Positions 1 to 11,473 of a stretch of DNA of 64,000 nt are shown piece after piece; position 1 is the first letter of the stretch, and every line of letters begins with the position of its first letter. A program made the translations under genes and the position numbers. Location of the stretch: contig CM074804.1 in NCBI GenBank assembly GCA_037447605.1, positions 2,232,001-2,296,000 of the forward strand, given 5' to 3'. The stretch comes from Zygnema circumcarinatum SAG 698-1b. Its lineage: Eukaryota; Plantae; Zygnematophyceae. The notes beneath the pieces are model-generated. The model worked only from the letters and a program-made list of their open reading frames with translations, had not been told where the DNA came from and made no database searches.

Positions 1-2186
1 GTCCTCGAACTCGCGGTCCCAGAACACGTCCCCGTCGTGGACGCTGTACAGCGCGTGCCCGAACACGGGCTGCATGGACGACCGCTCGAAGGCGTTCACC
101 GTGAGGCTGAATGATGCATCCTCGGCCAGCAGCGTCTGCCCCCTCCCCCGCCCCCGACAATTGCTGCAATATGGTCACTCGTGTCACTTAAAATGGATCC
201 ACTCTTTAAACGTGAGAACAAGGTGAGCCCCTGCCAGAAATTTCGGCCGACGATACTCTTCCCCAATTTCGAAGAGAAAGTAAGGACGTTCATTAGGACA
301 TCAAAGAAACCCCAAAAGCCAGGCATACCTCTTGATCGCATCGCCCATACAGCGGGCTGCTTTCATCGATGATGTGTCGTAGCAGCATGCCGTAGCGCAG
401 ATATGACGCCTCCGCACGCACTAGAGGCAGCTTAGCATGCATCGCAAAGTGGGAATCCTGGCCGGGCACTTTCACAAAGCGGCGCATGGAGAGGTCGAAC
501 TTGGCGTCAATCAAACAGTGTGGACTCGGACCAACCAGCACACAGCGAGCCAAGAACGCCCTGCACCCACCTGCCCCCACCCTCCTCTCACAGTGACTTC
601 CTGGCTCCCACCATTCACTCTGCCTGAAGCCGCCTGCACAAGGGAAAATGAGGTCGATACAGCCGGTACGCCTTTGTTGGCCTATGCTATTGTTTGCATT
701 GTACATTGGAATGGGGACAAATGCCACAGAGCAAGCCACGGAAAGTGCTGCAGCAAGAAGGATCGAGTATGGGTCATGGCTTGCCCTCCACGCACTTTGG
801 CTTGGGTCCACTCCCTTCATCGCTGAATGCATTAGCTAAAGTGTCCTGCGCAATCAGGGCCACCTTCGAGAAGCGAACTGGTGGAACAGGTTGTGCAAGT
901 CGCTGAAACACTGGATAGCCCATACACACAAAGCCCAATAAGCTGGAGAAAATACATAAGGCTGAATGAGAATAGACGGGCAAGAGTAAGGGTCTAAGTG
1001 CATCTCAGTCATACGAGAGAATATCCAGACGCCCCAGGACTGGATAAAGATAGACAAAAGGAAACGGGGAGAGGAGGGAGGAGGGAGGAAGAGCTAGCTT
1101 CAATAGCTTGCCATGCTGGCGGTAAGAAGCAAACTTGAAAAAAGGAACTTTTCTTTTTTTGTTTGTAAGTTTTCAAAAAAAAAAGAAATTGCCCTAAAAG
1201 ACGCAGCTTTACTAATTTTATAAGGTAACTCAGATTTCAGTCGGCAATTTAAGTTCGACAAAGGATGAATAGAAAAATATGTCAAAGAGCGAGGTTTCTA
1301 ATCTTTTTCTTTCTTTTTCTACTTGCTCATCAATTTTTTTCTTTTATCTTTTCTGAAAGCTTGTTCTCGTGGTATAAATAATTTGCTTTTCCTGATAAAG
1401 CTTTTGCAAATGGAAAAATTGCCCGGTCTGTAATTGATTGACGTGATGAGAGATGTGATGATGTGAAAGGTGACGACAAACCTGCTCCGCTGAGAAAGAC
1501 AAAGAGGAGCTGTGCACAGAGGGTGTTCAGATTTGCGATAAGGACTGCATAGGGTGACTGCACTTCCACTGCGCCGCCTCCTAAAGTGGTAGACAGTGAG
1601 AGACTGTAGAAGAAGACGTGAAGCCGTGTCTCGCCCACCACATCTACTATGGCTCGCGTCCACCCACTTGGCTGATAGCCTCCATAAGCAATGCGCAGAC
1701 CTTCAGGATCGAGAAGATACAGGCCAGTGAAAACGAGGCTCAGAAGCGGAGCCCCCGAAAGTAAACAGAGGAAGAACGTGGGTAAAGACATCTGCAAAAA
1801 CAGAACAGAAAGAACCATTCCAAGTTCAATAGCACGCCCAGCACGGGTGCAAAAAGGAACAGTCTCTCTCCACAGTTCGCCTACAGCTGCATACATTCCA
1901 CGATCACAGAAAAGAGCAGCTCTGCGCCCCACACGTCCGCAACACGCCGCCAATTCCCCCCCACAAAAGCAGCCCTAACATTCGCAGTTTCCGCCTGAGG
2001 CTAGAGGGCCGTGAGAGGGCGAGGGCTCACGCGCAGCATGTGCGTGTAGAGGTGGTAGAGGCGCGCGAGCAGGCCCTGCTGCTGCAGCACGCGGATGCCC
2101 TCCAGCGCCGCCCTCCCGCGCATCGGCTGCGCCCCGCCGCCCTCCTGCGGCCCCACCGACCTCGACGAGGAGGACTCCCCCGCCAT
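1..2186 (-). CDS. Inward-rectifier K+ channel (Kir/IRK-fold) family protein; 3' end runs off the window
   Basis: Exons 2186-2031, 1791-1482, 910-785 (GC donor, inferred), 633-329 and 135-<1 join in frame. Motifs: slide helix/TM1 (LYHLYTHMLRMSLPTFFLCLL), pore helix and filter (VFFYSLSLSTTLGGG), TM2 to VFQRLAQP..VRFSKVALI, and Kir cytoplasmic-domain motifs HIIDESSPLYG and FSLTVNAFERSSMQ...VFWDREFED (cf. Kir ILWGHRF). Confidence 0.85.
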
Positions 2187-2508
2187 GCCCTCCCTACCTC
2201 CCTCCCCGTCCCCCTCTCCCTCTCGCTTCCCCTTCCCCTATCCCTCTCGCTTCCCCTCCCCCTCTCCCTCTCGCTTCACCTCCCCCTCTCTCTCCCCCGC
2301 TCCCTCTTCCTCCCTCTCTCTCTCCTCCCGGCCTCGCCCCGCGCACTCGAGCGGGCCCGTCAGGTCTGCGTGAGCCCGCACGTGCCAGAAGCGCAGGCAC
2401 AGTGGGGCGTACGGCGGCGAGGCGAGGCGAGGCGGCCTGTCGAATCTCGCGCGCTTTTCGGTGCCGGAGCGGAGGGCGGGAAGGAGGGAGGGCCTGCGGG
2501 CGGGCGCC
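2187..2508. promoter_or_regulatory. Compact bidirectional promoter/5'UTR region between Kir and PMS1/PMS2
   Basis: Divergent ATGs at 2186(-) and 2509(+), with 322 bp between them; GC-rich with CT/GA tracts. Confidence 0.55.
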
Positions 2509-5500
2509 ATGGCTGCCATCCGCATCCGCGCCATAGAGCGGGGCGCCGTGCACAGGATCTGCTCCGGCCAGGTGCGCCGCGCTACCTCTCCCGTCGCTGC
2601 TCCTCTTCTTCTCCCTTCTTCTTCTCTCTCTCGCGTCCGCCCTCCTCGCTGCGCTCTACTCGGCACTCTCCCCTCTTTATTTTCTCCTTTTTCTTCTCAA
2701 ATTTATCTTCTCTCCTCTCTCAATTTGCATTCTGTTCTCTCCCCAATTTCTTCATTCCTCTCTCTCCTTTTTCCCCTCCCCTCTCGTCTCTGCACTTTTC
2801 CCTCTTTCTTCTTTACTCTTGTCTCTGTATTTTGTGCTCTCCCTAACTCCCCTCACTCTTCTCTCCCCTCTCGACTCTCTACTCTCCTCCCTCCCGTTAT
2901 GTTCCCGTCTTCCTCCTCGCTTCTCTCTTTCCTCCCCTCTCTCGTTTCTTCTCTGCACTCTCGCTCGTCCTTCTGATTAATTGATCGTAACGCAATCTGG
3001 AAAATTCTCCCTTAAAACTGAATTTCAGTGCCAAATGTTGTACGTGCATTCAGTTGTGCTGTATGCTAGCGCCCAAAACTTGCAGCTGGAAGATATGGGC
3101 TCCTCATTGTCCCACCATTCAATTAGTGTCCTTTTAATTCAGGTGCTGGTGCATGCACTTTAAGCATGGGTGAAAAGCTACAGCCTTATTTTTCTGACCT
3201 TTAGTTCTTTACTTCCAGTGTGAATGAAGAGTTGAGTCGTTCGATTATAAAATAAATTGCTCTACCACACTGTCAAAATTAAACAAGAAGAGGTGACGGA
3301 CTAAAGGGGAAAGGGGGCGGGCTTATCGCTGCCTGAGGCAGGTCGTGTTGGACATGGCTACCGCTGTGAAGGAACTTGTGGAGAACAGCCTCGATGCTGG
3401 AGCGACCAACATTGAGATTCGGCTGAAGGAATGCGGAGCCGAACTTATCGAAGTAGCAGACAATGGATCTGGCGTCTCACCTGACAATTATCAGGTGCTG
3501 TCTTGGGTCTTTGCGACCTGTGTTCTTGAAACCCCTTGCCATATGCCATCCCTCTCTCTCTCTTTTCTCTATCTCTCTCTCTCTCCCCCTCTCTCTCTCT
3601 CTTTCTCTCACTCTCGCTCTCTCTCTCTCTCCCACTCTCTCATACTTCTCTTGGTTTGCATGGTTACCTCGTCAAGGGAGAGTCATTATCTCGCATGATG
3701 CCACAGTCAGAATGTGAATGCAAAACCTGATGGTTTGCTGTACCACTCACGCTCCGCAGGCTCTAACACTCAAGTACCATACCTCGAAGATCTCTGATTT
3801 CTCCGATCTCCAGACCCTCTCTTCCTTTGGCTTTCGCGGTGAGGCCTTGAGCTCCTTGTGCGCCCTCTCCGACGTGACCATCACCACTCGCACAAAGAAC
3901 GAGGCCGTGGCAGCTCGGCTCGAGTTCGACCACTCCGGCCGGCTCATCTCGCAGGCCAGTGCAGCGCGGGCAGTCGGGACCACTGTGGCAGTGGCCCGCC
4001 TGTTTTCTCCTCTGCCCGTACGCTACAAGGAACTTCAGCGGAATGTAAAGCGTGAATATGGCCGCCTGGCGGCAGTTCTGCAGGTAGGTATGTACTGTGC
4101 CTTGGAGGGGCTAAGAGATCGTGGTCATGTCGGATTTGGGTATGGGATAAATCGTGCAAAGGGGTTGAGATAAAGGCAAGAGTAAGGCAAGAAAGTGGGG
4201 AGAGGATCGACAATAGGAGATATCACTGAGGGGTTCTAACCGGCTGGCTTGGATGAGATTGTCTTTGGAGGAGCAATTTTGTGTAGTTGGGGATGTTTGA
4301 AGGGGTTGATTGAAACGCCGAAATGCAATTATTCTCAATCATAGTTGGAATTTTGTCTATTTGGAATGTCAGGCATATGCTCTGATCGCTTCTGGAGTTC
4401 GGCTAGTCTGCACCAATCAGACGGGCCGTAGTGGCCGCACCACGCTTGTGCAAACGCAGGGTTTTGGCACCCTTCGCGACAACATTGTGACAGTGTTTGG
4501 CAGCAAAACAGCTGCCTGCTTAGAGCCTGTCGGCGCAGAGGTCGCAGAGAACTGCAGGTTGTCCGGCTTTGTTTCCAAAGCCGGCGCGGGTTGTGGGAGA
4601 GCATCGGGAGACCGCCAGTTCTTCTACCTCAATGGCCGCCCAGTTGATCTCCCACGTGCCAGCAAGCTCATCAACGAGGTGTACAGGTTGGAGGCTGCCT
4701 CTCCCATTTCCTGCTGTTCAGGAATGCAGCACAATCCACTCTCGTACTCATTCAAATTTAAGCGTGTGTTATGCTGGGCAGGGCCTTCAATTCCCTCCAG
4801 TTTCCCATGGCTATTATCAATTTCACATTGCCCACCGACTCGTACGATGTTAATTTGACACCGGACAAACGCAAGGTGATGCTGCATGCGGAAAGCGCCC
4901 TCATGGCAGCCCTCAAGCATGCCCTGGAGAAGGTCTATGCGTCGGACTCCTGCTTGTATTCAGTGAAGGAGTTTAAAGGAACATCCAAGCGGTTGAGCGG
5001 GTCGGCGGGGCTGGATATGGAATTAGGCACACAGAGCAAGCGGAAGCATGCAGCTGTTGAAGAATCAAGCGAGGAAGATGATGATGATGCGGCGGATGCC
5101 TTAGCGGGAGAAGCGGAACTGCCAGAAAAGAACGAGCTGTCGTCGGAAGCTGAACGTGCCATGCATGGTGAAGAAGGGCATAACCAGATGGTCAGCACGC
5201 AGGTAATGGCTGTGGAAGGAGTTTGGAGAAGTCATCATAGAGAAGGAGAACGTGGGATATCGCACGAGGATGAGGGGTTAACTGAATCTCTTAAACGCAA
5301 TGAAGAAGGCATGCTGGACAGAGGCACAGCGGCTGAAGAAAATGTCGTAGAGGGGGGTCTGCTTGAAGAGCAGGGTTGTCAAGGGAGAGTTCGAGAGGAG
5401 GGAGGGGAGGGGGGGGGTGAGTTGAAGCCAACGTCGGTGATAGATCTAAAGGAATTTTCCTTACTTCAGAAAAGGGATTCAGGAAACAACAGAAGAGTAG

Positions 5501-8500
5501 ATGATAAGTGGTCCAACGTCGCGGGAAAGAGACCGTGGGGCGTAGAGGAAGGTGGTCCTCCACGCAAAGCAGCGAAGGTGCAAATGTCGCTCAAGCAATT
5601 TGTGATGAAAAAGGCAACCGTTGGAGAGGATGGGAGCGCTGAACATGAGGGGAAAGAAGGACGTACGTCGTCAGATGATGGTGTGCGGGGTGGCTTGAAA
5701 CCGGAAGAAGATAGGCTGTTAGAAGGTAGGGCGATGAACGGCAGCGATTGTTCTATCCTTGTGGAGGATGGAGTTCGTGAAAAAGGTGGAAAGGGAGATA
5801 GGAACGAGCACTTATGTGCCTCTGAGATGGAGAAAGACCCTGCAACACCCCCTGAGATTGGAGGCAGTGTCAGGTCAAAGGGCATTGAGGAGAGGGGCGG
5901 GAGCATGGAGGAAACGCATGCGGATACGACTGCTGTTGCTGACTCGCAACATAATGAGGGCGATCTGGAAGTGCTGGAGGTGGTTATGGCTGACAAAAAG
6001 AGTTCACAGGCAGAAGATGTCGTGGTGAAGTTTGACATGGAGCGGTTACGTCAAGTGCGGAGGAGCGCATCTTTTCGACCTGACTTCTGCTTTCAAGACC
6101 GCCAAGGCAGTGCGAGAAAGAAGCGGCGAAGGTGGGTCACGCATTGTACATTGATTCAGCAAACTCTTGTATTGAAGCATGTTTTGGGGTTCCGAAGCTG
6201 ATGAATCATTGTCGTCCGTATGTCCGCACAAAGAATAAAAAATCGGTGCAGGAGGTCAAAGGAGTTCTTGTGGTGTGCAAGGAGCAAATTGGGGTTGTTT
6301 TCCTTGGCATCGACGGCTGAGATTTCTCAGCAACTGTCTGTCAGATTGTACTCCGCTGCCACGTTGGACCCCGGCATGTCCGACAAAGAAGCAGCGTTGG
6401 CAGCCGCTGCAAGAGAGCTCGAGCGGCGGTTCAACAAGGCAGACTTCAAACGGATGCAGGTGGGTAGTACTGCACTACTACATTGCTTACAGAAACTGAA
6501 GTGGGCTGCTTACATGCAAACCCGCTCTGTTCCGTGCAACACGTGACTGGCAAAGCACTTCTGTGACTCGAGAAAGCGTTGAGGCAATGGATAGATGAGC
6601 TTCTTGTTTTCTATCGCTGTACTTTCGTTGGGCCTGGTTGAAAGTGGTGATGTTGCCAGAACTGGAGGTTTAGTGGCAAAATGGAGGGTTGTCAGCAGAG
6701 CGAATAGTTCTAGCATCTGATAGTGAGTACGTGTTTCCTACCTACGGATCTGAACAGGTGATTGGGCAATTCAACCTTGGATTTATTCTAGGGCGCATCA
6801 ACACTGACTTGTTCATCGTTGATCAGGTTTTGAACAAAATCCTTTGCCAAAGCCGTCAACCAAGCGTGCAGTGTTGCAGCTTGAAATATCTATGTTTTAA
6901 ACTCCCCTTGGAGTTTTCTTTCTATGGTTTCTAGGCGCTATGTTCACATACATGTTCTGTCTGTGTTGTTGAAACCGAAGGGACAATGTTGTAAAATAAG
7001 CGTGTGTCGAAGGTCGATAGAGTTCCGTGTGACTCTAAATTTTCTGTTGTGTCGGAGCGCAGCATGCCTCGGATGAGAAGTACAACTTTGAGCGCTTATC
7101 GCGGTCCACAGTGTTGAATCGGCAGCCCCTTCTTCGGTGTGTGGTGCCCCTATATTCTTCCCCTTGCTTTAAAGCTCTTGTTTCTTGCAGCTCTGAAGTG
7201 GGCTTCATCCTACAGCAGGGTAGACGAGTGAATTTATGCATAGCAATGTTGGGTGGTTCAACAGGCCCTTGCCTTTAGAATTAACTGCTTCAGAGGAGAT
7301 CACGGTGTTATCGCACATGGAGACCTTCAGGTAAGAGGCACAAATTACGGTGATGCTCTTCGTTGGAACAAAAGATATGGAAGACGATATGACAAACCAT
7401 TCTAAATGTCGTTTCCTTCCAATCTGTGTCATTCCAATTCGGCAGTAGGAGGTCCAGTCTGTGTACTTATTCATAACTTGTAGTTGACCTTCATCGAATG
7501 ACACTGAATGCTGTGCGCTCTTCCAGACGGAACGGATTTGACTTTATGGAGGTCCCCGACGCTCCGTCCGGGCGACGATTGCGGCTCACTGCTGTCCCGT
7601 TTAGCAAAAATATCACCTTCGGAATTGCTGGTATGTTGGAAAGGCTTGATTGAACCTATCTGTGGACTTGCTCGAGTATCTCTTGATTGCAGATAGAGAA
7701 GACGCGAAATGTATGATTTTCCTTCTTTGAACTCTCCTACGTTTGTTGTTATTTGCAGACGTCCAGGAGCTCATTTCCATTCTGGCAGACGAGGCCGCTC
7801 CCCTCCCCAAGAATGACGGAAGTGCGATGGAGAACGATGAAGCAGCCCTTCACGAAGATGGAGAGACAAACTCTCTCGCAACCTTGCATTGTTGCAGTGA
7901 CCAATGCCATGATGAGTCAACCGTTGACCCTTGTACCAATGCCACCAAGGAGGCCCATACTGTGGAGTGCACGGTGGAAGACAGCAGGTCGTGCCAAGTC
8001 ATTGGAGAGGCGGGCTCGCAGTTGAGTTGTGAGGGGGAATCAAACGGCAAGCAGAGGTTTGATTTTTCTCAGACCCAACCAACGTTGCGAGAGAGAGACG
8101 GGGAGAGAGAGGAGAGGGGAGAGGGGACCCCCCCGCAGCGGCGGCGGTCTATCTCTGCTTCGGCGGAGGAGGGTGGTCGGCGGCCGTCCCGCGTGGCAGC
8201 CATGCTCGCCTCGCGAGCATGCCGCGCATCCGTCATGATCGGCACAGCTCTCAGCGCATCGCAGATGCGGAAGGTAAGGTACCCACTCACTCACCGTGGC
8301 GGGGGGGGGGAATGGGACATGTGATGGCAACTTCGGAAAGCTATTGAGAGGGGCATCGGAGAGGTTGGGATGGCATGTACAGTAGGTCCGAAGGCTTCTG
8401 TTGGGCCGAGTCTCTTTTTTTCTGGGTCGGACTTTTGAACGTAGTCTCGGCAGAGAGCTGCTGCACTGACTGACGGGAGGATAACTTGCGGTGGATGTGC

Positions 8501-8604
8501 AGATTCTCCGCCAGCTGGCGGACCTGGACTCGCCATGGAACTGCCCCCACGGGCGGCCCACCATGCGCCATTTGGTGGACCTCGCTGGCCTGAAGGGGCG
8601 GTAA
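2509..8604 (+). CDS. PMS1: DNA mismatch repair endonuclease PMS1/PMS2 (MutL family), 12 exons
   Basis: Exons 2509-2571, 3342-3494, 3760-4083, 4373-4686, 4782-6131, 6345-6459, 6758-6826, 7063-7136, 7265-7330, 7527-7630, 7759-8273, 8503-8604, all with GT-AG introns. GHKL ATPase motifs [17 protein letters not shown] and FGFRGEAL; endonuclease motif [12 protein letters not shown]; ACR and CPHGRP metal-binding motifs. Plant/yeast PMS1 corresponds to human PMS2. Confidence 0.96.
2590..2975. repeat. Polypyrimidine (CT-rich) low-complexity tract in PMS1 intron 1
   Basis: About 380 bp of almost pure C/T; similar (CT)n tracts at 3551-3640 and 61580-61660. Confidence 0.8.
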
Positions 8605-11153
8605 GCGGGCCGGAGGGCTGCGGCAAGTGGGAGAGGCAGCGGCATGCCAAGGACCCTGAAAAAAATGTGTAATTTTTTTGTTCAGGTTATTTTCACATTA
8701 GAGCTAGTAGCAGCAGCCGGCAGTTCTGGCTGCTGCGTTTGAACTATGAGCTAAAGGTGATGGGAAACGACATGGCCTGGCCCCATGACCCATTGTACAG
8801 CACCTTCACACCATCCACGCTTTGCCTCATCACGCAAATGCTCGCTTCCGTGCTTGGTGCGTTAGTCCTTTGAGAGCCTCCACTCGCCACTCCCATCATC
8901 GCCATTTTCATCGATGCTCTCGTTCTGGCGTCGCGCTGGCCCGCCTCAAAGGTTGCAGCACTCGAGTTGAGGAAGGGAGGGGACCGCAGCTTCACGCACT
9001 CGGCGGTTGCCGCACCCGCACGCGGCTGGCGGCCGGTCGGAGTGTGCAGACACTCGCACAGGCTCGGTCCACTCTCAGCCAGGACGCGGGACTTCAGTCT
9101 TAGGGATACGATATCCCTTATTTGATGATGCCTGTGCATAGCTCAATGGCCCGTCCGCGATGGGCAGGCCATCATGCCATCATGCACTTATGCCATCATG
9201 CCATCATGCCCATTTCCAAACACAATTGAGGATGACGTAACGTCACGCCACGTCCAATCGCACTGCAGCTGTCGACTGGCCAATGATTGGCGACCGTCGA
9301 CGCCACCTGTACGAAACGGAGCGGCGAGGCTGGGCCCGCCGACTGGCTGATTGCCTGCGCACAGTTCCGTCTTTCCATGCCCCCTACACGCTCCAGCCTG
9401 AACCCCTGCCTTACCCGTACGGTGTGGTACGGCCGCGAGGGTTTTGAGCCGCCTTGGAAGCCATTTGAGGCCAATCGAGGCGCCGTCGAGGAGTGAGGGC
9501 GCCGCCGCGAGGAGGGAGAGAGGGAGGGACCCGCCATGGGCTCCGCCGGCCCTGCAGGGCAGCGGCGGCCGATTGGACCGCGCGCGGGCGACTTGATCGT
9601 TCTGCGCCGCTTCATATCACCAATATGCAGTGACTAGCCTCGTCGACTCGGCGATGGCGCCGCAGAACTTGCCAGGAGCTGCCTTGTGAGTACTTGCACT
9701 TTCGTCACTTTCTGCAAGATTTTGCTTCATCGTCCAGCGTTTTCCAAGGACGTCTGCCCAAGAGGTGCACTTATTGCGATCGTATATTGAATTGTTACGA
9801 TAGCAGTCGGTCTTTATTGTGGTTTCTGGCTTTTCAAGATATTTTAAGTTATTTTGAGGGATTGTGTCATGGATGATGTCCTGGATAGTGTTACGGCATG
9901 TGGTATCTGGGGCTGATAGCAGTTCGCTGCTCTGATCGGCACCGTCGAAAACATAGCCAAAAGGATGTTCTGGGCCAGATGCGACGTGGTCTGGGTCTTT
10001 GCAACCCTCTCTCACTACTAATGCTGGCCCACACTCTATGCGCAGGTGCTTTCTGATACTTTCATCTCCCGCGGTGAAAGTGCAGAACTTCTTCCGAGAC
10101 AACTTTTGCTGAAGTTCGCCCACACTTTCATGATCATTGTGAGTTCAGCGAGGTCGCAGATTATAATGCATTTCCTCTCGCTTGCTCGACTCCTTCCTGC
10201 TGCGTCTTCGATACCATATGAGCTGCTTTCATGTCGCTGCTCGACAATTGTTTCCACTATTACGCCTGTTTGGATGAGTTGCCTTTGCCTGTCTTATTTG
10301 CCGAAGTGCAGCACGTTCCCACCCCGGGCAGCCGTAGTTAATCAAATGCAGTGCTGCCCTAGGAAAGTGCGAGAGAAACAACAATTGTGCACCGTGTTGC
10401 AGGGCGAGAGCTTCTCTCACTTTTTCTCTGTGTCTATTTGTGCACAAATAAGTACTCATGTGCGGGATGGCAGGCTCGTGTCTTTTTCAGCAGTGGTGTT
10501 ACCGGCATGTCTAAATTAGGATATTAACTTTCGGCATTACTATATGCTGGTATGTTTGATGAAGTATTTTTTAGGCTATTAGACTTTCTTTTCACTTTAT
10601 CTCTTGCTAGTTTGTTTGTGCTGATGGAGTTTGAGAACTATCGTGCAGGCTTGGAGCTTGGGGGTTTTGGATCGCTCGAATTATGGAGAATGGTGGAAAT
10701 TGACTGCGTGTCATCAGGTAGTCGAGGCGATGCAATCACACAAAAACTCCCCACCCTTTGACATTTGCTGACAGAACTAGTTTGCTGTATCTGCCACTCT
10801 TGCTGTATCTGCCACTCGACACCTTCGAGTAGGCTGTTTTCTGTGCATTTTATTGTTTTGTGTCTGTTTAGCTCTCCTATTGGTGGCATTCACAGTATTT
10901 TTCTAACTTGGGATCAGTTTGTTTGAGGTTTACTCAATGCTAACAACGGGTGATTACGAAAGAGCTTATTTTTTTGCTCCATTGCAGTGCCAACAAACGT
11001 GTTTTTATCTCCTGTTTGGTTCTTAAAGCTCTTGCATTAATAATATTGGGTGAAAAGTAGGCGTTTTAACACTGAAGTGTGCATCACTGGGACCCTTGCT
11101 TTCGTTGTTTGGAGTGAGGCTTGATCGATAGTATCGAGGTGGCAGTGGCAGCT

Positions 11154-11237
11154 CCTGTGTATGATGAGTAAATGAAAAATCCAACGCCTAATTTCATTGA
11201 GGAATGTCAACGAAGAGCTTTTTAACCCTGACACAGG
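11154..11237 (+). ncRNA. Box C/D snoRNA, U36/snR47 homologue
   Basis: C box ATGATGA 11161-11167 and D box CTGA 11228-11231. Terminal stem CCTGTG/CACAGG, extended by AGGTGGCAGTGG...CCGCTGCCACCT. The D-guide GAGCTTTTTAAC is complementary to the conserved 18S motif GUUAAAAAGCUC, and the 3' end GAGCTTTTTAACCCTGA matches U36 as I recall it. A second guide AATCCAACGC before a CTAA D'-like box is complementary to the LSU motif GCGUUGGAUU. Confidence 0.85.
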
Positions 11238-11400
11238 GATGACCGCTGCCACCTTTGTCTCTCCTCCTTTTTTTCTGTCACATTTCTTGATGCATGGGAT
11301 CGCGGATGTCCACTTGTCACGGTCGTGCTACCGCCCTTTGTATTATTGTGAAGTCTAATCGATGGCATTCTAAATGTCATCAATTGAAGTCGTTACGCTT

Positions 11401-11473
11401 GCGCGTGATGAGTGTGGGAAAGCTGTTTGAGACCTCGTTTATGATTGTTGCAGAGTGCGGTGTTCTGATGCGC
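11401..11473 (+). ncRNA. Candidate box C/D snoRNA (target not recognised)
   Basis: C box GTGATGA 11405-11411, D box CTGA 11465-11468, GCGC/GCGC terminal stem, internal TTGA/ATGATT D'/C'-like boxes; about 165 bp downstream of the U36 homologue. Confidence 0.6.

Noticed and set aside
2040-2976. Long ORFs of 268, 171 and 142 aa around the Kir/PMS1 junction
   Set aside because: They come from GC-rich and CT-rich low-complexity sequence overlapping the promoter and intron; only the short first exons are supported.
8744-10257. Minus-strand ORFs of 131, 139 and 168 aa
   Set aside because: No recognisable motif and no splice-consistent model.
10557-10624. TTGATGA...CTGA as a third C/D snoRNA
   Set aside because: No terminal stem and no recognisable guide; U-rich intron-like sequence.
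10783-10818. 18-bp direct repeat TGCTGTATCTGCCACTC x2 (also short repeats at 9168-9210 and 12432-12466)
   Set aside because: Simple tandem duplications without spacers; not CRISPR-like, and the context is eukaryotic.
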